DNA of 64,000 nucleotides from an uncultured Lachnospiraceae bacterium (GTDB lineage: Bacteria; Bacillota; Clostridia; TANB77; CAG-508), in contig CAYVYP010000001.1 of assembly GCA_964455975.1 (NCBI GenBank), forward strand, positions 592-64,591, written 5' to 3'. Below the pieces are notes generated by a model. It was not told the DNA's origin. It did no database searches and saw only the letters and a list, made by a program, of their open reading frames with translations. The position numbers and the translations under genes were made by a program. Positions 11,673 through 21,200 of the stretch are shown one piece after another. Every line of letters begins with the position of its first letter. The first letter of the stretch is position 1.

Positions 11673-14600
11673 CTATCCTATTACATATTTTTTAATTAAT
11701 ATTACTCCACCTGTTATTGTTATTAAAACTGCTCCTACTAATCCTAAATACATTGGTACAGAACCTGTTGAAACACCTAATAAAACTGGTGCATCATCTA
11801 TATCATCTTCACCTGGCACTTTATTGTCTGGTGTAGAATCTATATCTGGTGTATGACTATCATTATAGTCTTTACTTATTTCTGCTATATTTGTCATTAC
11901 TCCCATATTATCGTTTCCATTTACCCATGTAAGAAGTACCTCTACTGTTGCACTTTCTCCTGGTTGTAATAATGTATTTTCTAGTTTTTTAGTTGCTATT
12001 TTAGATTCGTCATTATCTCTTATATACCAATCTGGATTATCTGCTTGAACAAATTTTAATCCCTTTGGAACATAATCTGTAACTTCTTTAGCATATCCTG
12101 CTATTTCACCTTCATTAGTTACTTTAATTTTATATCTAAATTTTACTGTTACTTTATTAATATTTTTTCTATAAAGTTCTACTTTAACAATTGGCTCTGG
12201 ATTTTCGTCTCCTGTATGTCCTGTTTCTTGTACTGTTGTTTTTCCATTTTCAGTTACAATTGCTTGTGTTACCCATTTTTTTAAGCTTAAATCAAAGTAT
12301 TTAACTTTAACTTTATCAATATCAATATCATCTTCTCCTGGTTTATCATTATCTGGAGTTGAATCTCTATCAATTACATCTTTTCCATTTTCATCTGAAT
12401 CGTTTGAAATTTGTGCTGTATTTATTAAAATTCTATCAGATGTTTCTGGTTCTGTTACTTTAAAGTTAACTTTAACATCTTTGTAATCTGGATTTAATGG
12501 TTCTACTGTACTTAATCCTTTAGTATTATCAAAAGCATTTATTAAATTTGCTCCACTTGTTTTTTCTTGCTCTTTAGATAAATAGTCTGTTCTAATATCA
12601 ACTGCTTTTGTAAGATCCTCTGTAACATTTCCTTCTTCATCATACATTACCCATCTATACTCTTTATTTAATTCGTTATCTGGTAAGAATTCTAATCCTT
12701 CTGGAATATCATCTTTTATTTGTTTTGCATATCCAGATCTAGTTCCTTCATTATAAACTCTTATTGTATATGTAACTATATTCCCAGTAACTACATCTAT
12801 TGGGTCTTTTGGATGTGTATATGTTGCTGTAGTTATTAATTTTCCATCTTTATCAACTGTATTTATTTTACTAACATCTACAACTGGCTCTCTTGATGGT
12901 GATACTACTTTTCCTTCAACTTCAGTAATAAATTTTCTTAATGCTAAATCAAAATATGTTAATTTAACATGATCAACATCTATATCATCTTCTGTTGGAA
13001 TATTATTATCAGGAGTTGAATCTCTATCTGTTACATCATTTCCATTATCATCTGCATCTTTTGAAATTTCTGCTGTATTTGTTATTATATTAGTTGATGT
13101 ATCTGGTTCTACAACTTTAAAATTAACTTTAACATCTTTATATGATAATGTTTTCATTGTTGTTTCATCATAAGCTAATATTAAATTATCTTTGCTTATT
13201 TTTTCTTGCTCTTTTGATAAATAATCTGTTCTAATTTCTACTGCTTTTGTAACATCTTTAGTTACTTTTCCATCTTTATCATACATTACCCATCTATATT
13301 CTTTATTTAAAGCATTATCTGGTAAAAATTCTAATCCTTCTGGAATATCATCTTTTAATTCTTGTACATATCCATCAATTTCACCTTCATTATACATTCT
13401 TATTGTATATGTAACTATATCTCCTGTAGCTACAGGAACTGGGTCTTTTGGATGAGTATATTTTGCTGTTGTTACTACTTTTCCATCTACTGTTTTATTT
13501 AAATTTGTAACATCTACTTGTGGTTCTCTTGATGGTGATACAACCATATCATTTACTTTTGTTATAAATTTTCTTAAAGATAAATCAAATTGTTTTATTA
13601 CTAATTTTTCAAAATCATCATCATCTTCTTGTCCTGGTACATATGATTTGTTTATTTCATTATCTTTATAGTTTGGTAAATTTTCATCTGATGGTAAAAC
13701 AACATTTTTAGGTGTTGAATCTCTATCTATTACTTCATTTCCATTTTTATCACTATCATTAGTAATATCAGCAATATTTGTTATTTTTTTATCAATTACT
13801 GCTGTAGATTTCACCTTACATTCAACTTGAATATCTTTATAATCTAATTTAGTTCCGTCATACGCTTTTAAAAGATTTTTATCATCTTGATTTTTTGATA
13901 AATAATCAGTTCTTATTGTTCTAAGAGTATCATCATTTCCATCTAGTAACCATCTGTATTTTGTATTTATTGTACTATTTACAATAAACTCTAACTCTGC
14001 TGGTAAATGATCTGTTATTTCTTTTGCATAACCATCTGTCTCGCCTTCGTTATATATTCTTAAAGTATATACAACTATGTCACCAATTTGTACTCCAACT
14101 GGAGTTTTTGAATGATTATATGTAGCTGTAGTTATTCTGTTTCCATTTTCTATAGTATTTAATTTACTAGTATCTACTTGTGGTTCTCTTATATAATTTC
14201 CACTTGCATCTTTTAAATCTTTATCATTAACTTTTGTTATAAATTTTCTTAAAGATAAATCAAATTCTTTAACTCTTAATTTTTCAAAATCGTCATCATC
14301 TTCTTGTCCTGGTACATATGAATTATTTATTTCATTATCTTTATATCCTGGTAAATTTGTATCTGATGGTAAAACAACATTTTTAGGTGTTGAATCTCTA
14401 TCTTTATCTATTTTAGTTCCACTTGAATTAGCTTCTTCTGTAATGTCTGCTATATTAGTTATTTTAATTGATGTGTCTGTTAATTTTACTTTACATGCAA
14501 TTTGTACATCTCTATAATCTAACTTTGTACCATTAAATGCTGATATTTTATTTTCAGAAGTTGTATTTGCATTATTTGCAAAAGATAAATATCCTGTTTT

Positions 14601-16211
14601 TATTGTTCTTCCTGTAGAATCATTAATTGTATCTACAACCCATCCATAAGTTTTATTTATTGCATTATCTGGTAAAAATTCTAATTCTGCTGGTAAATGA
14701 TCTGTTATTTCATTTACATAACCATCTACTATTCCTTCATTATATACTCTTATTGTATAAACAACTACATCATCTGTATCTACTACAATTGGATTTTTAG
14801 TATGATTATATATTGCAGTTGTTACTAAATTTCCATTTACTATTTTATTTAAATTTGTAACATCTACTTGTGGCTCTCTTGATGGAGATACTGTTACATT
14901 ATTTATTGTTGTTATAAACTTTCTTAATGCAAAATCTGGAGATGGTTTTGTTATATCCACTGGTTCTTCTAAAGATAAACTCTTATCTTCTCTATCTATT
15001 ATAGCTAATGGTTGTGTTGTTGTAAACTGCGTATCTTGACTTGATGCTATTAAATTAATTGTACTATTTCCTTTATAATTAGCTGTTACAGAAACCTTTA
15101 CCTTTGAAATTGTATCATTTGTTAAAGGTATTTGAATATAAAAATTTTCTCCTATTAATTGTTCTATTGTTTTTGTTGTTTGAGCTTTGTTACTATCTAA
15201 CATTGTATAGTTTGTAATATTTGCTCCATTTTGATCTTTAATTGTTGCTGCAAAATTTGTATATGCATTGTCATTTTCTTTTGTAATTTTAAATGGTCCT
15301 ATTACATAATTGCTACCACTTATTTCACTTGTAGCATTATTGTTAATTGATAATGGTGCTGATATAGTATTTTGAGTATAACTTGTTTTAGTTGCTGCTG
15401 TATTTATTAAATATCCATATAAAGCTCCTGCATATTGTAAACGATAATCTGCATCATCTTGTGTTTTATTACTTGTTGTTTGTGTTGTTCCTAAAGAAGT
15501 ATACTCAGATTGATCTATGCTTGTATATTTTCCAGGTGTACGCTCTGTTTTTGTTATATATGGTGAAATAGTATTTCCTACATCAAACCCTGTACCATCA
15601 TCCATATTTGTAAAATGCCAAATTGCAGCTTGTTGAATAACCTCTATATCATCATCTGTTAGAAGTGTTTTTGCATCTTCGGCATCCATCTCGTTTGAAT
15701 CATAATTTTCTGCAGCTTGTAATAAAGCTAATTTATCTGCTACTTTATTAGCATTTTTAGGAAGATATATATTATCTAATAACCATAAAAGTGATCCATA
15801 ATTATTAGTAGGTATTAAACTTATATATTTACTTAAATATGAATCTGTTTTATCCCCATTCATATCTCTAAAAATATCATATTGTATTTCTGCTAAATTA
15901 TTTCCTTCAACTGAAAAACCTGGTCCACCTTTAATACAGTATATGCTATTACTCCAGTCTATATTTGTATTATTTGCTTCTCCTGTTAATGGATAAGATA
16001 CAACTTTAAATACAGTTTTTGAACCAGACATATATCCATATCCAGACTCTCTAATTTGAACTATTCCTAATTTTAATGGAGTTGTTCTTGTTAAACTCAT
16101 ACCTGCAATTTCTTCTTTTGTTAATGCATATGATGAATTAATTATTCCTCCAAAAATTAAACTTAAAATTAGCATAAAAATAATTGCTAAAAATACTTTT
16201 TTAGTTTTCAT
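11673..16211 (-). CDS. Giant cell-surface protein with five tandem DUF11-type (TIGR01451-like) repeat modules and an acidic sorting-signal-like C-terminus.
   Basis: Signal peptide MKTKKVFLAIIFMLILSLIFGGIINSSYA. Five repeats of about 190 aa (FDLSLRKFITKVND…REPQVD…TTATY.H.K.P…GD.V.YT.R.YNEG…GY..E..D..P..LEF…DRDSTP.N). C-terminus VPGEDDIDDAPVLLGVSTG, then a TM segment and KKYVIG. Confidence 0.75.
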   Translation of the reverse strand: MKTKKVFLAIIFMLILSLIFGGIINSSYALTKEEIAGMSLTRTTPLKLGIVQIRESGYGYMSGSKTVFKVVSYPLTGEANNTNIDWSNSIYCIKGGPGFSVEGNNLAEIQYDIFRDMNGDKTDSYLSKYISLIPTNNYGSLLWLLDNIYLPKNANKVADKLALLQAAENYDSNEMDAEDAKTLLTDDDIEVIQQAAIWHFTNMDDGTGFDVGNTISPYITKTERTPGKYTSIDQSEYTSLGTTQTTSNKTQDDADYRLQYAGALYGYLINTAATKTSYTQNTISAPLSINNNATSEISGSNYVIGPFKITKENDNAYTNFAATIKDQNGANITNYTMLDSNKAQTTKTIEQLIGENFYIQIPLTNDTISKVKVSVTANYKGNSTINLIASSQDTQFTTTQPLAIIDREDKSLSLEEPVDITKPSPDFALRKFITTINNVTVSPSREPQVDVTNLNKIVNGNLVTTAIYNHTKNPIVVDTDDVVVYTIRVYNEGIVDGYVNEITDHLPAELEFLPDNAINKTYGWVVDTINDSTGRTIKTGYLSFANNANTTSENKISAFNGTKLDYRDVQIACKVKLTDTSIKITNIADITEEANSSGTKIDKDRDSTPKNVVLPSDTNLPGYKDNEINNSYVPGQEDDDDFEKLRVKEFDLSLRKFITKVNDKDLKDASGNYIREPQVDTSKLNTIENGNRITTATYNHSKTPVGVQIGDIVVYTLRIYNEGETDGYAKEITDHLPAELEFIVNSTINTKYRWLLDGNDDTLRTIRTDYLSKNQDDKNLLKAYDGTKLDYKDIQVECKVKSTAVIDKKITNIADITNDSDKNGNEVIDRDSTPKNVVLPSDENLPNYKDNEINKSYVPGQEDDDDFEKLVIKQFDLSLRKFITKVNDMVVSPSREPQVDVTNLNKTVDGKVVTTAKYTHPKDPVPVATGDIVTYTIRMYNEGEIDGYVQELKDDIPEGLEFLPDNALNKEYRWVMYDKDGKVTKDVTKAVEIRTDYLSKEQEKISKDNLILAYDETTMKTLSYKDVKVNFKVVEPDTSTNIITNTAEISKDADDNGNDVTDRDSTPDNNIPTEDDIDVDHVKLTYFDLALRKFITEVEGKVVSPSREPVVDVSKINTVDKDGKLITTATYTHPKDPIDVVTGNIVTYTIRVYNEGTRSGYAKQIKDDIPEGLEFLPDNELNKEYRWVMYDEEGNVTEDLTKAVDIRTDYLSKEQEKTSGANLINAFDNTKGLSTVEPLNPDYKDVKVNFKVTEPETSDRILINTAQISNDSDENGKDVIDRDSTPDNDKPGEDDIDIDKVKVKYFDLSLKKWVTQAIVTENGKTTVQETGHTGDENPEPIVKVELYRKNINKVTVKFRYKIKVTNEGEIAGYAKEVTDYVPKGLKFVQADNPDWYIRDNDESKIATKKLENTLLQPGESATVEVLLTWVNGNDNMGVMTNIAEISKDYNDSHTPDIDSTPDNKVPGEDDIDDAPVLLGVSTGSVPMYLGLVGAVLITITGGVILIKKYVIG

Positions 16212-16515
16212 ATTTTTTACCTTCCTTTTACTCTTAAATATAAGTATCTATCATTATTTTACTAAATATAAAATATAAGTCAATACCCATATTTTAGCAT
16301 TTTTCTTACATTTTAATAAAATCAAAATTTATGTGTTTTTTCCTTTTACGGAAGCTGGTAATCTACGTTCCCACTACGTTTTTAAACACTTATATAACAA
16401 TTATATTACATTTTTGTTAAAAAATCAACTTATTATGTATATTTAATCATATTTTTGCGTATTTCCCTAGTATTGGGTCAAAAAAAGACAAGCTTTTTTG
16501 TAATATGCTTATCTT

Positions 16516-17331
16516 TTATTTTACTTCTCTTGCTTTTACAACAACTCTTGATTTACTATCATCAGTACATGTTATTAATGTTATTTCTTTTTTTCCATCT
16601 GTTAATTGAGTTGTAAAAGATCTATCTTGTGTATCTGGATCAATAGTAAATTTATCATATACTGCATACTGTATTGTTCTTCCTTTACTTACATCTTTTA
16701 TTTCTATTATATCACCATTTACTAATGTTGGAACTTTACTAAAAAATCTAGTATTTCTATAATTATGCCCTACTATACAAAAGTTTCCCACTTCATTTAG
16801 TCCTGAACCCCAGAATTCACAAGGAGAATTTTTAAGTAAATTTTCTGTTTCTTCAAGTGATTTTGTTTGTCCCGATAATATTGGATAATTTACATTAATT
16901 TTAGGTATAGTTATTGTTCCTATTGTTGTATATTTATACCCTGCTGAAGATGTTTGAACCTCAAGTGGTACATCCTTTTCTTTTTCTAGTAATTCATCTA
17001 CTTTTATTTCTTCTACCTGAACTTGCTGGTTATATTCTAATGCTACAACTATAACATCATTATCAGATACTTTTATTGTTGTATCATCTTTTATTTTTTC
17101 TGGCTCTTTAAACTCTATTTCAGATAAAATTTCCTTTGAAACCTCTTCTGCCTTGTTCATATCATATTGTGCATATATGTAATAAGAAAATAAAGAAAGC
17201 ATTAAAAGAATAGAAAAAACAAACTCTATTTTATACAGTTTTCTTTTTCTCTTCAGTTCAGGTGTAACATATAACTTTTCAGTAATTAGAATCTGATTCA
17301 TACCCTTTCCCTTTCTTACATATCTATACAA
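16516..17331 (-). CDS. Sortase (transpeptidase) with SrtA-like active-site region.
   Basis: N-terminal membrane anchor. Catalytic signature …GHNYRNTRFF…(His)…KKEITLITCTDDSKSRVVVKAREV (TLITC Cys motif; compare S. aureus SrtA LTLITCDDY…). Embedded among the surface-protein genes. Confidence 0.8.
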   Translation of the reverse strand: MYRYVRKGKGMNQILITEKLYVTPELKRKRKLYKIEFVFSILLMLSLFSYYIYAQYDMNKAEEVSKEILSEIEFKEPEKIKDDTTIKVSDNDVIVVALEYNQQVQVEEIKVDELLEKEKDVPLEVQTSSAGYKYTTIGTITIPKINVNYPILSGQTKSLEETENLLKNSPCEFWGSGLNEVGNFCIVGHNYRNTRFFSKVPTLVNGDIIEIKDVSKGRTIQYAVYDKFTIDPDTQDRSFTTQLTDGKKEITLITCTDDSKSRVVVKAREVK

Positions 17332-17359
17332 TTTTATTATAACATATTAATTAAAATTT

Positions 17360-18145
17360 TCAAATATTTTTTGGAGATTTCATTTTGTATTTTTCAGCTA
17401 TATATAAACCATTTATAAATTTTTTATATTCTTTTATATTAGTTCTAATTTCAGCATATTTCATTAAACGCTTTAAGTCAATATCATATTTTTCAAAAAT
17501 ATTTTCATATATTGTTTGTAATTCTTTTCCTTGATATTGAATATATAATTTGTCAACATATAAATCAATCATTATTTTTTCTATTGATACATATGTTTTG
17601 TTTTCTTCTTTGAGTAATGGTGATTTTATATGTAATGGTTTAATAATTATTAAATTTTCAGTATTTATATATAAATTTCTATTATGATTAAAAATATCCT
17701 GTGTTATTATTGTATATTTTCTAAAACATTTCATTTTCAATAAATTAACAATTAAATCTAATGCTATTTTTTCTGTTTCAATAATTATATAATTACTCAT
17801 TACATAATGCAAAGTAAATTCATTTAAAATGTTTGTATTCCAAACTATAAAATTAATTTCTGGGTATTCTTTTTTTATTAATTTATATATTACATTCTCT
17901 TCATTATTTACTTTATACTTGTAAATTAGCTTTGTAACTATGATATACTTGTTTTTTGCAATTTCTTTTATTTTATTTTCACTTTTTAATATTCCAATAA
18001 TATTTCTAATTGTTTTTTCGTTTTCAATATTATTTACTTGTTTAGCTATAATTTTGATGTCATTCTTTTCAAAGCTTTTATCTTCGTATTCTTCTTTTAA
18101 TTTTTCTAATATTTCAATATATCTCATTTTGCACCTCACAGGCAT
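17360..18145 (-). CDS. Hypothetical cytoplasmic protein of 261 aa, lysine/isoleucine-rich, with a possible N-terminal wHTH-like segment. Function unknown; a candidate locus regulator.
   Basis: ORF only; no TM or signal peptide. N-terminus MRYIEILEKLKEEY… resembles wHTH regulators, but this is weak. Confidence 0.3.
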   Translation of the reverse strand: MPVRCKMRYIEILEKLKEEYEDKSFEKNDIKIIAKQVNNIENEKTIRNIIGILKSENKIKEIAKNKYIIVTKLIYKYKVNNEENVIYKLIKKEYPEINFIVWNTNILNEFTLHYVMSNYIIIETEKIALDLIVNLLKMKCFRKYTIITQDIFNHNRNLYINTENLIIIKPLHIKSPLLKEENKTYVSIEKIMIDLYVDKLYIQYQGKELQTIYENIFEKYDIDLKRLMKYAEIRTNIKEYKKFINGLYIAEKYKMKSPKNI

Positions 18146-18289
18146 TTTGATTTTTTCTGTTTTTTTTCACTTTGCCCACTTTTATTTTAACATATTGTTT
18201 TTAGTTAGTCAATATTATAAAAAAAGATGTTCTAAGATTTTAGAACACCTTTTTTAGAATTAAATATTTTATTTTTATAGAATTAATTT

Positions 18290-21200
18290 TTATTTTTTAG
18301 AATCTAATACAAATTTTTTAATTATTACTATACCAACTATTAATATAATTGCTCCTATAAATCCTATTACGTAATAAATTGGTGTTTCTCCTGTAGGTGG
18401 CATAATACTTATATTTTTTGCCCAGTCTGTATCTGGTTCTTCTGGTTTAACATCTGGATCTGATAAATTTGGATTTTGATTTCCTGGTACAGATGAATAA
18501 TCTCTTCTACCTGTTGTAGTTGAATATTGTAATATTTCTGCTATATTACCATAAATCATTTCTTCAGAATCATTTCCTGGTGATAATACTTTTGACAATG
18601 TTAATTTTAATTCTTTTGTACTATATGGGTCCATATTATCAGTATTTAAACTTTCATTTACTATCATACTATTATTATTTAATTTTATACTTCCATTAAT
18701 TAAATTATCTTTATCAAATGTATTAGTATTTTTTTGTAAATCTTGATATGTTTTACTTCCATCTTCCAAAGAATTTTTATTTAATGAATATAAGTTCCAT
18801 CCCGTATTATCTTCTTTTCTGAAAGTAATATTGTTATCTACATAGTCCAATACCTTATTAATTCTTAATATTGATAATTCAGTACTTGCATCATGTTTTC
18901 CAGTATAATAGGTACTTCCCAAATATGTTCCTATACTATCTTTTCCTTGGATTTCAGGAATTTCTTCATATTTTTCATTATTAGGATTATTAATATTATT
19001 CAAAAATTCTCGTTTGTCACCTGCAACAGTATTTATTTCACTATTATTTGTTATTGTAATTTTATAATCTATTATAATAGTTGAACCCTGCATTAATTCT
19101 TTATCTAAATATATTAATGTTGTTCTATTTAAAGTATCTCTTATATGCTCTTTTTTCAAGTTTCCATTATTAACATCTGGCATTAATCCAGCATTTGAAT
19201 CAACTTGCGTTTTTCCATTTGCTAATATTAATCTTAATCTAGTTATTTCTTTATTAAGAACTATATTTGTTTTTGGTCTTTCTTCTAACCCCAAATCAAT
19301 ATTATTTACACTATATGCTCTACTGTCTGTTTCTTTAAGTTCATTTGTATTATATTCAATTCTTATAGAAATTTTAGCAGTATCAGCATACATCCAAGTT
19401 TCTTTCTCAAGTTCTGCAATTAGTTTTTTATCATCTTCAGTTTTGCCCGGATTTCTATCTGGTGATGCTAAAACACTTCCATTATAATTTGATATTGTAC
19501 TTGAATATTTAATTTGTCTTAATCTTTGTGCTTCATTATCTTTTGCATCAGATATTTTTTCATTATTATTAAATTTGGCTAAATCAAACCATTCTTCTTT
19601 TAATGAATCTTTTCCAGTTTGATATGCTGTTGATTTGTAATCTTGTCCATTATAAGATTTCTCATTAGATCCACCATTTTCAATAGTTAATACTGTTTTA
19701 TCTGTATCACCATATTTAAATCTTACAACAAAGTTTCCTGCAACAAATTGGCTAAATTCATATTTACCTTTGTCTGCTGAAATGTTTAAGAAACTTCTAA
19801 ATGGACTATTAGTATCATTTTTTATTTCTTCTTCTGCTGTATCATTTAAATTTCCATTATTATCTACATATTTATATGTATTATCTCCGGTTAACATTTC
19901 TCTCCAAATATATTCATATTCTTTTCCGTCTATTTGTACTAATTCTACTAATTGAATTGTAACACCATTAATTCTTGTTTTTTCAGTGTCTTTTAATTCT
20001 CCATCTCCTACAATTTGCCCAGATTCTAAAGTATTTGTTCTTGAATCCTCCCAAACAATACCATTAATTTTTCTATCTTCTTCTGAATCTTCTCTTAATT
20101 TAATAGTAATTATTGGTGCTGCAGAAGTATCTGTTTCATAGTTTTTATCTCCTGGTGTGTAATTATATGGAGCTGAATTACAATCTATCTTTCCTAAATA
20201 ATTATTATTTGTATAATTTCCATTTGAATCTTTATTATTATCATAGTATGTAGAATAAGATTTTACTTCTGTATATTGTTCTTTATTTCCTCTTATTACT
20301 GAATTTTTTAAGTTCTCATAATCTTGTTTATTTACTTCAAATGTTACAGATATTATTGCATATTCTCCTGGTTTCATTCTTACATCTTTTAGGCTAGTAG
20401 TAGTCATTACATTATAACCATTAACTTTAGTATTTGAAGTGTTCCAAACAATAGCATGTTCTGTGTTAGATGATTCTGTATTTAATCTATATGTAGAAGC
20501 TTTTGCAACTGTCTTGCTTTCCGTTTCTTGTGTAGTTGCATTTTTATAAATTTCTAATTGTTTTGCCTTATCTACTAATGTATATGTTTCATCATAGTAA
20601 TTTACAATTTCATTTACTCCTACATAGTTTTGTTCATCTACAGATTTATTTGTTACTCTTATTTTATATGTAACAAATACTTTTAATTCTTCATCTGTTA
20701 CTTTGCTACTATAAATTTTATCAATTACCTCTTCATTATTATTTAAATTATTAGTATTTTTATAATCATCTATTCTATAATTATAATCTGATTTATATAA
20801 AGCAGTATTATATGTTATTTTAGAACTATCAGCTGGAGATAATATTGAATTTTGTATATCTATTTCTAGTCCTTCCATATCTGTTCTTCTATTGTATTTA
20901 TAAGTTGTTTCATTTTTGTTTATTGTTACAACAGATTTTTCAACATCTTCTCTTATATCTAAATCTACTACTGACCTTTTTACTAGTCCTAAATTTATAT
21001 GCTCTAAATATGGATATACTTTATTATAAGTAATTCCTGCAACAGTTCTATCTATATTTGAAATATGAATACTACTATCAATAGGTAATTTATCAATTCC
21101 AGCTGCCTGTGTTGTAGCAGAAATTTTATATTTATCTAAAGTTCTTCCATCTTTATCTGTTGTAATTAATGAAGCATAATTTTGATTTGTCTCATTATTT

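Noticed and set aside
16440-16500. A-run/T-run hairpin (caaaaaaag-acaag-cttttttg) after the sortase gene as a terminator.
   Set aside because: The stem is entirely A:T and unlikely to be stable; the operon probably reads through.
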